A stretch of 63,722 bases of DNA, filler included, from an uncultured Methanosarcinales archaeon (GCA_964608065.1; 7 parts of 7 records of this genome joined end to end with filler, not necessarily neighbours in it), one strand, 5' to 3'; numbered from the whole stretch's first letter, positions 39,713 to 50,250 are shown. Notes: generated from the sequence alone by a model not told the origin. Translations and numbers: made by a program.

Positions 39713-42700
39713 TTACCAGGTACCGCCATTACAAATACCATCTCCACAATAAGTTCCTTGTTCTTTTATTCCAGAATGCCTTAAACCAGAAATCTTATAT
39801 TGAGTATCATTATTTACTAATTCACAAATATAATCTCTATCTGTATTAGGACATACAATCCAAGTTTCATTTTCCCCTGTACAACTCTCAGAAATCTCGC
39901 TGATTGATAATAATTCTTCATCTTTTATACAAAGCCCACTTCCTCCCAATACCTTATCTAAATAAACTGTTTTTGTTTGATTTTGAGAAGTTAAATCTAA
40001 TCCTTTAATTATCATATAAGCAAATGTACTCTCATTTGATTGTTTTTCTATAAATAAATTAGCTAAATTAATATTTTCATCTGTTAAATTAAATTCAAAT
40101 TCTATAAGAGATTCATTATTTTCATTAAGTTTTATTAAAGTTTCATTAATCTCTTTTGTAATTTTTATGTTTTCTAAAGTTGTGTTTATATCTGAAATAT
40201 TTCCTATAAATCCATCATCATCATAATCACATGAAAGATAAGAAATTGTATCATTTGGTTTATTTTCTAAATCTGAAGTTAAATTTGTTAAGGCATAACA
40301 ATTACTCGTATCATTAAATAACATAGATAAAGAGTCGTCATCATCACAGATTTGAACTTCTACCCATTCTGGTAAACAGAAATCGCAAGATATGTTTTGA
40401 AAATCCCAAAAAGTATTATTCTCTCCGTTATTCCATAAGTCTGAAGATAAACCAGTCACAACATAACAAGATTCATAATTAGAATCATACTCTACTTTGC
40501 TTCTATTTTGTATGTAAGAATTTCCAGATAAACAAGTTGTTTGATTAATCCATTCTGACCACCCACTGTTATTATCAATAGAACCAATAGTTAACTCTCC
40601 AAGAGACTCTCCACCATGATAAACTAAAGTAAGTTCATATTGGTCTCCACTTTTGTCCAATATCAATTTTGTTGCAAGTGATGAATATACATAACTTACC
40701 CAATTTTTAGTATTTTCCCCCTCCTCTGTAAATGTTACAGATTCTCCTTCTACATCAACCACATAAGCTTCTGGAGTTGAAGCTGAATTCCAACCAAGAA
40801 CAGCAGTGATATTTTTTCCTTTACCAGTATTGCCATCTTTATCTTCTTCTGAAAAAACAATATTAAATATAGTCTGATTAGTACTATCCCAAAATGCTCC
40901 CGCTACACCACTCGCATTTGTATTATCAGTCCAAGGCAAATATACTCGCAATCCTTCTTTTGAATAAAGTGTATTGAACGAACAACTTGTTCCTGCAGTT
41001 AAAACAACTGTGTTTTCAGCTGATCTTTTAATTGCACCAATAGCTAATTGCACATTCCCTATTGTAACAACGTCAGCTATTTTTGCATCATCTTTGATTG
41101 TTGTCCAAACACCATCTTTCTTGTATTGAATATCTGTTCTATTAGCAGTAGTTATGCCTACCTGCCCAAAATCAGTAGCTCTCATCAAATAAGATTCTGC
41201 AGTAGTTCCATCATTAAAAGATGCCACAAAATAATCATCTATATCTTTGTCAAATATTATTGAAGTTTCATTTGAAGTTCTTAATAAATGAATTGCATCT
41301 TTACCAATTCCAGTAAAAGTTGTGCTATCTCCGTAAACAAGACTTATATTTTCTGTGCTATCTTTTAAAGGAAAATTTTCAAGTATCACATGGGTAGCAC
41401 TTGCCCCTTTCATAGTTATCACTTCTTCAGATGGGTATAACATTCCTGCAAAAGATAATTTAATAGTTTCAAATCCTGGCATTGTAACTTCACTATCTGG
41501 GGTTACAAATAATTCATCACCTGCTTTCCATTCAATTACAATTTTGCTAATTGTGGGAGTTGATAAACTTGTAGTTGTAAAGTATGTTTTCATGTTTGAT
41601 ACAAATTCACCATTGATTTCCACATCTATAGCATGTTTAAAGATTAACTCATCTTCCGTAAGAGAATCTAATAGAATTAATTCCTTTGTAGCAAAATTTG
41701 AACTCAATATAGAATATTCTTTACCCATTATTTCAATATTTGTTGAACTTAAATCAGCCCATCCAGGTTCATCAGTAAAATCTAGTGTATAGTTTAATAC
41801 ATGAGCTCCACTTGTAATCCTCAACCCAATAGTTGGGCTATCTTTTTTATAATCGTCGTCATCAAACATTTTTAGAGTATTGTCTTCTAAGTCTATTTTT
41901 TGATTATAATTAAATTCATTGCTCTTATTATCAATAAAAACCCCATCATCTAATAGATTATATAATTCATTATTAGTAATTGTTTCTGGAAATCCATCAA
42001 GAAAACTTTCTCCTAATTCTAACCTTGTAGTTATGCTATTTTCGTTTACAATTAGAGGTTGTGGGATGCAATAATCACAATATTCTATTTGTTGATACTC
42101 ATAAAAAGTTTGGTTTTCAAAAGTTCCACAATTATTAGAGTCATACTGAATTATCATTTTGCTTTGATTCAGCTTATCATTTATTAAACAAGAAATCTCT
42201 TGCCAACCATCATAAGAAATATTAACTAAATTTGGAACACATTTGCAAATTGGAGCTCCAGATGTTGGGCAAAAAGATTCATATCCTTCAGAACAGGAAG
42301 GTTCGGAACAGCCATGACAAAAAGTTCCATAAATCAATATGCAAGAATCACTATTATCATTAACTCCATCATTATCATCGTCTGAATCACAAACATCTCC
42401 TTCAGAATCTCCATCATTATTTGCTTGATTTGAATTAGATAATTCCCAACAGTTATCATAAAGATTATTAACATTGTCTCCATCTGCATCTACTGATGCC
42501 CAAAATAACCTATAAAGTCCTGCTACTGCTTTCATTGCATGAGGCATTAACGCTTCTGATTCTTTTTTTAAATTTGGGAGATTTCCTAAGCCCCAACCAT
42601 TTTCCAAATCAGCTGGATCAGAAAAAATAGTAACAAATTCTCCTTGCCATAAAGAAGGTGAAAACGGATAGGATGAAGAACCAATTTCTTTTTTATAGAT

Positions 42701-44905
42701 AGAATTTCCAGTAACATCATCGCTAGCATAATATTGTGTTTTTTGAGCAGTATAATAAAATAATTTGAACAAATTAGAAGGGTTAGTTTTGACACCAGTA
42801 GGCAAATCTATATTTTCATAGTTGTATTGTTGTCCCACATAATCTAAACCTGCAAAGTGTTTCCAATTTGATAATCCATCATTCCAAGCATTAGTATAAT
42901 CTGGTTCTTCAAAGAAATCTTCATATTCATCATCATCAACAGCGTGAGTGTCATCATGCACATGTGCTGGAACAGATGCATCTGTTAAAAGATGAGCCAC
43001 TCTCCCCAACCAATAATAAGCTTCGTCTTCATTACCAGAATTATAGAGAGATACTATTTTATTATCCCACAAATATTGTGCTTTTGTATAACTACTTCCA
43101 TATTGATTACCATAAAGGTTATCTGTCCAACCATAATTATAATCTCCATCTTGAGGCATATCTGGATTCCAGAAATGCCAGCAAAAAGGTTTAGTATAAG
43201 GATAAAATGATCCTCCGCAGTCAATAGGGTCTGTTTCATCTTCATCCTCTTCGCCAGCACCGATAAGTATTCCTTCATAAGCATTTAATTCTGGTTGATA
43301 ACCAGATCCATTTGCATCTAAATAAGGATCTTCCCCATTATCCCAAACAGAAGAAGGATAATTATCTATGTAATCTGTAATTTCTTCTGGAATATCACTC
43401 CAAATAAACGAGGCTTGATATGCTATCCATTGATGAACTGGGGGATTAACTTTATGCAGAGACACAACAACAATATCTCCTTCATTAACAATATACTCAT
43501 TACTATATATCTCATCATCAAAATATTGAGTAACCCGATATTCTCCTGTTTCAACAGAAATATTTTGAGTTCCTCCATTACCATCATAAAATAAAGTTTG
43601 TACAATAATCTCTTTATCTGCATCAATTTTAATAATTTCTATTTTTACAGGATTTATTTCATATTCTTCTTTTTTTGTTTCATTTATTTCTTCAGGAAAA
43701 ACAATTTGAATGATAGCATCAAGATTTTCTTCTTCTAAACTAACACTAACAAGACCATATCCAAAATAATTATCCTTACCCTTTTCTCCCAAATCAATTG
43801 CATCTCTCTGTAATTTTGCTCTTAATTCATTAACACTTAAAGAAGGATTATTCTCTTTTAATAATGCGAGAACTCCTGCAACATGAGGAGCAGACATGGA
43901 TGCCCCCTCAAAAATTCTATACTCCTCAATATCTGTAGAGATTATGTTTTGTCCTGGAGCAACAAATTCTAATTCTTCCCCAACACCATTCTCATTAGTT
44001 AATTCATTGTCTTCATTGATTGAACCAACAGCAATCACACTTGAGTATTTTGCAGGATAGTAAATTTGATTATCTTTTCCAGATGCTGCAACTAAAATAA
44101 TTCCTTCTAAATAAGCTTCATCAACAATTTTTCTTAAAGAAGGGCTGTCTACTGAAATTCCCAAGCTCATAACAATAATATCTATATCATTATCAATAGC
44201 CCATTGAATCCCTTGAAGAAAATCACTTAATTTTCCTCCTAAAGACCCTATAACTTTAATAGAATATATTTCAGATTCTGGTGCCACTCCAACAACTCCA
44301 ATACCATTATCTAACGCTGAAATAACTCCTGCAACAGAAGTCCCATGACCTAAATCATCATCCCAATAATTAGTATCTTCAATAAAAGAAACTCCTTCCC
44401 TAACATTTTCAAATAAATCTAAATGATTTTTATTAACTCCGCTATCAATAACTGCAATTTTAATATTTTTCCCAGTTGTTTTGTCCCAAACGATAGGTGC
44501 TTTTATTTTTTCAATACCCCAAGGAATAATCTGTTCATTTAAACTAATTACATCCCCTTCTCCAAATAATTCTAAATCCACATCTAATTCTACTAATTCT
44601 ACATCAGTATTTTTCTGAATTTCTTCAATTGCTTTTGCAGAAGCTTTAACTACCGAGACCCCAATAGATTCCAAATTATCCATAATTTCAACATTATTAT
44701 CCTCCAAAAGATTTTTATTAATTTCTTCTTTAAAATTAACTATAATATCAATTTTTTCATCAAGAATATTGTCAAGGGGGAATGTACTTAATATTGTAGT
44801 ATTTCCTAATATTAAATTTGTTTGATTAATTCCATTTGTCATAGCAAGGACTATTGAAATTAAAAAGATAGTCACTATTCCTATTGTTATTAATTTATTT
44901 TTCAT
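39713..44905 (-). CDS. Secreted multidomain protein: S8 subtilase + Zn-dependent phospholipase C/P1-like domain + TSP3 Ca-binding repeats + S-layer-like domain
   Basis: IAVIDSG / HGTSVAG / GASMSAPH triad; VHQWIA, HFWNP, LGRVAHLLTDASVPAH, YED; DADGDNV...DNC repeats. Confidence 0.85.
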   Translation of the reverse strand: MKNKLITIGIVTIFLISIVLAMTNGINQTNLILGNTTILSTFPLDNILDEKIDIIVNFKEEINKNLLEDNNVEIMDNLESIGVSVVKASAKAIEEIQKNTDVELVELDVDLELFGEGDVISLNEQIIPWGIEKIKAPIVWDKTTGKNIKIAVIDSGVNKNHLDLFENVREGVSFIEDTNYWDDDLGHGTSVAGVISALDNGIGVVGVAPESEIYSIKVIGSLGGKLSDFLQGIQWAIDNDIDIIVMSLGISVDSPSLRKIVDEAYLEGIILVAASGKDNQIYYPAKYSSVIAVGSINEDNELTNENGVGEELEFVAPGQNIISTDIEEYRIFEGASMSAPHVAGVLALLKENNPSLSVNELRAKLQRDAIDLGEKGKDNYFGYGLVSVSLEEENLDAIIQIVFPEEINETKKEEYEINPVKIEIIKIDADKEIIVQTLFYDGNGGTQNISVETGEYRVTQYFDDEIYSNEYIVNEGDIVVVSLHKVNPPVHQWIAYQASFIWSDIPEEITDYIDNYPSSVWDNGEDPYLDANGSGYQPELNAYEGILIGAGEEDEDETDPIDCGGSFYPYTKPFCWHFWNPDMPQDGDYNYGWTDNLYGNQYGSSYTKAQYLWDNKIVSLYNSGNEDEAYYWLGRVAHLLTDASVPAHVHDDTHAVDDDEYEDFFEEPDYTNAWNDGLSNWKHFAGLDYVGQQYNYENIDLPTGVKTNPSNLFKLFYYTAQKTQYYASDDVTGNSIYKKEIGSSSYPFSPSLWQGEFVTIFSDPADLENGWGLGNLPNLKKESEALMPHAMKAVAGLYRLFWASVDADGDNVNNLYDNCWELSNSNQANNDGDSEGDVCDSDDDNDGVNDNSDSCILIYGTFCHGCSEPSCSEGYESFCPTSGAPICKCVPNLVNISYDGWQEISCLINDKLNQSKMIIQYDSNNCGTFENQTFYEYQQIEYCDYCIPQPLIVNENSITTRLELGESFLDGFPETITNNELYNLLDDGVFIDNKSNEFNYNQKIDLEDNTLKMFDDDDYKKDSPTIGLRITSGAHVLNYTLDFTDEPGWADLSSTNIEIMGKEYSILSSNFATKELILLDSLTEDELIFKHAIDVEINGEFVSNMKTYFTTTSLSTPTISKIVIEWKAGDELFVTPDSEVTMPGFETIKLSFAGMLYPSEEVITMKGASATHVILENFPLKDSTENISLVYGDSTTFTGIGKDAIHLLRTSNETSIIFDKDIDDYFVASFNDGTTAESYLMRATDFGQVGITTANRTDIQYKKDGVWTTIKDDAKIADVVTIGNVQLAIGAIKRSAENTVVLTAGTSCSFNTLYSKEGLRVYLPWTDNTNASGVAGAFWDSTNQTIFNIVFSEEDKDGNTGKGKNITAVLGWNSASTPEAYVVDVEGESVTFTEEGENTKNWVSYVYSSLATKLILDKSGDQYELTLVYHGGESLGELTIGSIDNNSGWSEWINQTTCLSGNSYIQNRSKVEYDSNYESCYVVTGLSSDLWNNGENNTFWDFQNISCDFCLPEWVEVQICDDDDSLSMLFNDTSNCYALTNLTSDLENKPNDTISYLSCDYDDDGFIGNISDINTTLENIKITKEINETLIKLNENNESLIEFEFNLTDENINLANLFIEKQSNESTFAYMIIKGLDLTSQNQTKTVYLDKVLGGSGLCIKDEELLSISEISESCTGENETWIVCPNTDRDYICELVNNDTQYKISGLRHSGIKEQGTYCGDGICNGGTW

Positions 44906-45201
44906 TTTTTCTTTAACTTATATCCAATTAATGCTCCTATAATCAAACCATAGAGGGGTCTGGTTACAAAATAAATAATCCCCTCAAATGCATTTATACA
45001 ATTACCACATGTAATCCTTGCTATAATATCAAACTTGCATAATAAATATTCAAGTAGATTTAAGTGTTCTAATCCACAAAAAAAGTTTCCTGACGGAAAA
45101 AGACTTGGGAGATATATTAAAAAGATACCTACTAAAACCCCAACAATCCCTCCAATCAAAGCCCCCTTCCATTTAGATTTCATCCAAAAAGCCACCCCCA
45201 A
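44902..45201 (-). CDS. Small 2-TM membrane protein
   Basis: KGALIGGIVG and YGLIIGALIG glycine-zipper helices. Confidence 0.55.
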   Translation of the reverse strand: MGVAFWMKSKWKGALIGGIVGVLVGIFLIYLPSLFPSGNFFCGLEHLNLLEYLLCKFDIIARITCGNCINAFEGIIYFVTRPLYGLIIGALIGYKLKKK

Positions 45202-46739
45202 ATTTTCTTAATAAAACTGACTACAGAATTCCCCTCGCTAATTTCTCCTTTTTGTGAATTTAAAGATTCATCAATAACTTTCCCAGTTATTTTATTTCCA
45301 TCACTTTCTTTATTGGTTGAACTATCTAATCCATTTACTACTTCATCAGATAATTCTTCAAAACTCTGTTCTATAATCTCTTGATATTCTTCTAAAAAAT
45401 AATTCTTTTTATCTCCAACAATGCTATGAGTTTCCAAAACTCTATAACTATTTCCTTGTTTTTGAACTATAACAACATAACCTAAAGAATCAATTTTATC
45501 AAAGTCTGATTCTTGCAAACTACTAATACCTGTTAAAATCCATCCCTGAGCAATTGTAGCAAATCCTATACTTGACTTTGGATTTGCATCAACATTTTTC
45601 TTTAATTCAAAAAGTATTTCACTCATTTCTATTCCTGATTCACTATCTATTCCCCCAGCTAATCTGACAGCACTGGAAATAGAATCCTTTGCTAATTCTA
45701 ACTGGTCATTATACCATAAAACCGCAGTTTCTAATCCTTCATCCCCAACCCCCGCAATTTGAGTTTTATACAACCTTATTCTATCAGCATCCCATCTATT
45801 CTGCAAAGTATTTTCATCCCAATATTTTTCTTCAGGTATTGCCGCAATAATTCCAACATCTGATGAAGAATAAGTTCTTTTTCCAATTATCTTGTTATCT
45901 TCAAAATAAGGCAAACCAGAATTTTTTAACTGATTATTAAACTGAGCACTTATTTTATTTTCATTTGGATTTCCAATATAAAGTGTAGTTATTCCTTTAT
46001 CAGCAAAACTGCTTTCACTTCCACTATCTTGAGTGTATTCTATATTATAAAGAAATGTTGTAATATCATGTCTTATTTGACTTGGAATCTGATTAATAAA
46101 AACTTGATAGCCAATTCCAGAACTAGGTAAAACAAAAGCATTAAGCACAGAATAAATAACACTATCAGCAATTTCTTCTGCTAATTCAGACTCCTTATTT
46201 TTTATTTTTTGGCTCATTTCTATAAGTTTGGAATTAGAAACATCAATAATATGAAGAGAAGAGTGATAATTTCTATTAATTACTTTTTCAATCCGCAAAT
46301 TAATATCATCTATTATCGGTTCTGTTTTAATTTCAATATCCTCTACTATTGCCTCAATATTTGCTGGCAAGGTTTCATCTAAATTATCCAATTCAGTTAT
46401 TATATCAGATTGATCTATTGTAAGTTCAACATAAGAAGAAGTAATCTCACCAATTTTAACCCTTAATAATTCTCCTTCAATTCCAAAAGGCAAAGCTGTT
46501 GTTGTTCCTTTTACTAAAGCAATTGGAAAACTATATGCAATTGGAAATCCATACCTTTGCCATTCTAAATAAGCATAATCTATTCCAAGAATATTTTTTT
46601 GATAAGATTTAACATATCCTATAGATTCTTCATTATCTATAATCGGTATTTTTTGATTATAAGGATATTGTAGTGCGAGAACAAGATTGCTCAATAAAAG
46701 CAATGAAACAATAAACAATATAGTTTTCTTTTTTGCCAT
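45180..46739 (-). CDS. Secreted protein with S-layer C-terminal-like alpha/beta module
   Basis: Signal peptide; LYIGNPNENKIS...IAGVGDEGLETA; ITGKVI and FIKKIWGWLFG tail. Confidence 0.6.
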   Translation of the reverse strand: MAKKKTILFIVSLLLLSNLVLALQYPYNQKIPIIDNEESIGYVKSYQKNILGIDYAYLEWQRYGFPIAYSFPIALVKGTTTALPFGIEGELLRVKIGEITSSYVELTIDQSDIITELDNLDETLPANIEAIVEDIEIKTEPIIDDINLRIEKVINRNYHSSLHIIDVSNSKLIEMSQKIKNKESELAEEIADSVIYSVLNAFVLPSSGIGYQVFINQIPSQIRHDITTFLYNIEYTQDSGSESSFADKGITTLYIGNPNENKISAQFNNQLKNSGLPYFEDNKIIGKRTYSSSDVGIIAAIPEEKYWDENTLQNRWDADRIRLYKTQIAGVGDEGLETAVLWYNDQLELAKDSISSAVRLAGGIDSESGIEMSEILFELKKNVDANPKSSIGFATIAQGWILTGISSLQESDFDKIDSLGYVVIVQKQGNSYRVLETHSIVGDKKNYFLEEYQEIIEQSFEELSDEVVNGLDSSTNKESDGNKITGKVIDESLNSQKGEISEGNSVVSFIKKIWGWLFG

Positions 46740-46973
46740 CTTATTATTAGGGATTTTTATTAATATAAATATATTTGTTTTTTACTTATTATTTTCTTTT
46801 GTTAGTTTAACTCTAATCTTATTCATTGTAGAAAATTCTCTTAAAAAAGTTGAAATTAATCAGTCCTTTGCAATTCAACCACCAACCAAACTCTCGCCAT
46901 TTATTCTTTATCATTTTAGGTTTATCTTATGTAAGCCAAACCTCTATTTAAACATTTCGTCCTATCTAAGACT

Positions 46974-47201
46974 ATGCAAAAAAGAAGGGAAATCGTTGAA
47001 ATAACAAAGTTAATTTTTACTTTTTTGAAGAACAATAAGACTAAAGAATTTTCAATAAATCAAATTTCAAAAAAGATAGACACAAGATGGAATACGACCA
47101 AAAGAGCATTAGAATTATTGAAGTTTCTTAATTTAGTAAAAGAGAGAATTGAAGGAAATAAAAAGAATGCTACAATCTTTTATACTCTAAGAAAAAATTG
47201 A
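46974..47201 (+). CDS. Small winged-HTH DNA-binding protein
   Basis: FSINQISKKIDTRWNTTKRALELL...LV. Confidence 0.65.
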   Translation: MQKRREIVEITKLIFTFLKNNKTKEFSINQISKKIDTRWNTTKRALELLKFLNLVKERIEGNKKNATIFYTLRKN

Positions 47202-47498
47202 ATTGGGTTTATTATTTTGTTTTTTCATTTTACCTTTTTTAGGTGATTTAATTTTTTTTATTTCCTCAAAAGAGGGTCTTAGTTTTTCTATTTCTTTTCT
47301 TCTTAAGGAAGGATTCTTTTGTTTTTCTTTAAAATACTTACAATTCCTTTTTGTAGTCCCCTCTAATTCTGCATAATTGTAATCTTGATATTTTCTTTGA
47401 TAACAAAGATTTCCTAATTTATATTTGCATTTATTACACTGATTTCTCTTTTTTCTTCTTGGATACATATAAATTGGATTAGAGTAATTCCATCCCAT
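47187..47498 (-). CDS. Small basic Cys-containing hypothetical protein
   Basis: CNKCKY...C...CKYF. Confidence 0.5.
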   Translation of the reverse strand: MGWNYSNPIYMYPRRKKRNQCNKCKYKLGNLCYQRKYQDYNYAELEGTTKRNCKYFKEKQKNPSLRRKEIEKLRPSFEEIKKIKSPKKGKMKKQNNKPNSIFS

Positions 47499-47499
47499 T

Positions 47500-47862
47500 T
47501 TATTTTAAAGCAAATAAGAGTACATTAGTTAGGGTTGATATTGCTATAATAATTGTTGCAGTAACAAGCCACCAATTTAGATTTTCTCTTGTGTTTATTA
47601 ATCTTAGTTCATTTAAGAAATCTATTCCTTCAGGGATTATTGAAACCTCATCATTTTGTTGTAATATTTCACGATTACTATTATCTGGAATATCATATCC
47701 TACAATTATTTTTCCTTGCCCTTTCAAATATTTAATAATCTGAAAAAACTCGCCATCATAAGAGGATAATCCAAGTTTTTTTATTAATCTTCCTGCGTGG
47801 TAACATTGAGGGTAGGTTTCTTCTAATAATTCTAAAGTTTTGATAAGTAATTTTCTATTCAT
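47500..47862 (-). CDS. wHTH plus C-terminal TM protein
   Basis: IKYLKGQGKI...IIPEGIDFL; terminal TM. Confidence 0.55.
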   Translation of the reverse strand: MNRKLLIKTLELLEETYPQCYHAGRLIKKLGLSSYDGEFFQIIKYLKGQGKIIVGYDIPDNSNREILQQNDEVSIIPEGIDFLNELRLINTRENLNWWLVTATIIIAISTLTNVLLFALK

Positions 47863-47942
47863 AAATCCCCCAAGAATTATGTAATTTTATAGTTTTCTCT
47901 TTCATAAACGATATTTATAAATGAGATAATCATGAGTTTTTT

Positions 47943-48332
47943 ATGGGATTCGAAGAACCAAAAGAAAAATGGTTTAATGATTTGAAAGAGAGTAGAAAAG
48001 ATTTTGAAAATGTGGGGAATATAGTTGAACTTGCTAAATTTAAATATGATAGAGATTTACAAACACCGAAATGGGTGATGGGAATATCTTTAACTATCTT
48101 ACTGGCTGTGGGTTTCTCTAACATTTTGATTTCAGATAATGCCCCAGAATATCTTATTTTTATCGCTAAATCTCTTGTAGTAGTAACTATTTTAGTAATG
48201 GGTTGGGGAATTAAAAAAATTATAGAATTAGTAAGAATTCAACAGATAGCTATGAGTTGGTTGTATAGAGAAAAGGACAAACATGAAAATGAACGAAGAA
48301 AAAGTAAAAGAAATAGTTCTAAAAACAATTGA
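47943..48332 (+). CDS. 2-TM hypothetical protein
   Basis: ORF with TTTATAAA box upstream. Confidence 0.5.
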   Translation: MGFEEPKEKWFNDLKESRKDFENVGNIVELAKFKYDRDLQTPKWVMGISLTILLAVGFSNILISDNAPEYLIFIAKSLVVVTILVMGWGIKKIIELVRIQQIAMSWLYREKDKHENERRKSKRNSSKNN

Positions 48333-48819
48333 AGGATTACCAAAGAAATATAAATTTGAATTAATTAATGTAGAAAGTTCTGGAAAAAGTTTTTTCGTTG
48401 ATTTATTATCTCCCGAGAAAACATCGTGTCAAATACAGATACTCTCTGGTCAATTTGAACTCCTAACTGGAAAGGAATTTATTGGAGCTATCGCCCACGA
48501 ATTTGCGCATTATTGGACAAAAGGGGTTTCTAAAGAATATTTTGAGATGATGCATGTTTTTAAATTAAAGGCAATAGAGATGGCAGTTAGGAAAACAGGA
48601 CAATTTAGAAAGGCAGAGAGAATAAAAAAAGAATATTCACTTCATCTCAAGGATAAGAAAGATATAGGAAGATTAAATGAGGCTTGGGAAAAATATGTTG
48701 AAAGTGAAGAAAAAACGGATTCTTTTGCAAAAGAAAAATTTGGTTTTAAAAAAGAAGTTGAAGCTATGAGGAAAGTTTATGATAAATACGAGTTGGCTTT
48801 ATATTTTAAAGATAATTAA
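48283..48819 (+). CDS. Zincin-like metallopeptidase (HExxH)
   Basis: GAIAHEFAH and downstream E..TDSFA, M48-like. Confidence 0.6.
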   Translation: MKMNEEKVKEIVLKTIEGLPKKYKFELINVESSGKSFFVDLLSPEKTSCQIQILSGQFELLTGKEFIGAIAHEFAHYWTKGVSKEYFEMMHVFKLKAIEMAVRKTGQFRKAERIKKEYSLHLKDKKDIGRLNEAWEKYVESEEKTDSFAKEKFGFKKEVEAMRKVYDKYELALYFKDN

Positions 48820-48871
48820 CCCCACAACACCTTAAACTTATCTTTCAAATCACTCGAACTAAAAAGGAACT

Positions 48872-48971
48872 NNNNNNNNNNNNNNNNNNNNNNNNNNNNN
48901 NNNNNNNNNNNNNNNTTAATTAATTAANNNNNNNNNNNNNNNNNNNNNNNNNNNNNNNNNNNNNNNNNNNN
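48872..48971. other. Artificial contig linker
   Basis: N44-TTAATTAATTAA-N44. Confidence 0.98.
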
Positions 48972-48977
48972 TTCATT

Positions 48978-50051
48978 TTAACAAACGCGTTTAGTGTTCT
49001 CTTTGATGTATATGTCAATAAAAGTCAGTAGTAGTGCTATTAGTAAAGGCCCTACAAATATTCCAACAAAACCAAAAAAAAATAATCCGCCCACTACACC
49101 CAATAAAGCAATTACTGGGTGGATTTTAGCTGTCACACTAATGAATTTTGGTCTTATTATGTTATCTACAGAACTAATAATTAGAAATCCATATAATATT
49201 ATTAAAACACCTTTCCATATCAAGCCACCAGTTCCCTGCATATATCCGCTTAAAATAAAATATGTACCTATTGGTAACCATACAAGTGTTGTTCCTATAA
49301 ATGGGAGCAATGCTGCTATCATTGTTGCTATTCCCCATAGTATTGGGTTAGGTACTTTGAAAATAAAGAAGCCTAGCATTGCAACTAATCCTTGGATAAC
49401 AGCCATAAGTATATAGCCATAGATAACTGCATAAATTATGTGCTTGAACTGATCAATTATTCTTTTTCTATGAGCTGGTTTTAATGGAAGTAGACATTTT
49501 ATTTTATCAATAAATTTTTCTCCATCTTTAAACAAATAAAAAATTAAAAAGAACATTATAAATATATCAAGGATTCTTCTTGGAGCAGAAAATATGAAGT
49601 TAGAAACATTTCTTGAAATAAATGTAGTAGCGCTTTGTATTGTGTCTTGAATATAAAATTGTAGTTTTGGATTGTTTGTTAGGTCTCTCACTGTGTTTAA
49701 GACATTGCATAATGTTCCTGTTTCACAGTCAACATCTAATTTATTTCCTTTTTCCATGACTGTTGTTATTGTTCCGTATGCAGAATATGCTTCTTTTACT
49801 ATAGCATTTAAGATGAAGAACATTGGTATTGTTACAAGTAATATTATCAATAGAGTGATTATAAATGAGCTGAGAGCTTTCCTTTTTGTTTTTTTGTATA
49901 ATCCTTTGTATAATGGATAAAAGATATAGGCTACTAGGACAGATGTTAAAATAGCTGGAATAAATGGTTTAAGTATAAGGAAACATACATATAACAATAT
50001 CAGAAAAATTACTAAGAAAACATACTTTGTATATGTTTTTAACATCTTCAT
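48978..50051 (-). CDS. AI-2E/PerM family transporter
   Basis: FYLFKDG, LPFIGT, DNIIRPK, HPVIALLGVVGG..FFGFVGIFVGP. Confidence 0.9.
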   Translation of the reverse strand: MKMLKTYTKYVFLVIFLILLYVCFLILKPFIPAILTSVLVAYIFYPLYKGLYKKTKRKALSSFIITLLIILLVTIPMFFILNAIVKEAYSAYGTITTVMEKGNKLDVDCETGTLCNVLNTVRDLTNNPKLQFYIQDTIQSATTFISRNVSNFIFSAPRRILDIFIMFFLIFYLFKDGEKFIDKIKCLLPLKPAHRKRIIDQFKHIIYAVIYGYILMAVIQGLVAMLGFFIFKVPNPILWGIATMIAALLPFIGTTLVWLPIGTYFILSGYMQGTGGLIWKGVLIILYGFLIISSVDNIIRPKFISVTAKIHPVIALLGVVGGLFFFGFVGIFVGPLLIALLLTFIDIYIKENTKRVC

Positions 50052-50092
50052 CTCTTTTTTATATTTTGAACTATATAAACTTTATTGTAAAA

Positions 50093-50228
50093 TGGGCCCG
50101 AAGGGACTTTCAAATCTTCGAAGGAGATTTGTGGTCTCCCTCTGGGATATTTGAACCCCTGATCTTCGCCAGTTCAATTAGCAAAGCTAAATGTCGAGGC
50201 GATGTCATAGCCACTAGACCACAGGCCC
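50093..50228 (-). tRNA. tRNA-Val(GAC) with two introns (37/38, 20 nt; 59/60, 43 nt)
   Basis: Acceptor GGGCCTG/CGGGCCC; anticodon stem TCGCC/GGCGA; introns at 50172-50191 (perfect BHB) and 50107-50149. Confidence 0.85.
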
Positions 50229-50250
50229 ATTAATCTGAAGAAATAATGTT

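Noticed and set aside
50093..50228. tRNA-Ser(CGA) reading of the first tRNA
   Set aside because: No long variable arm; stem register and BHB geometry fit anticodon GAC.
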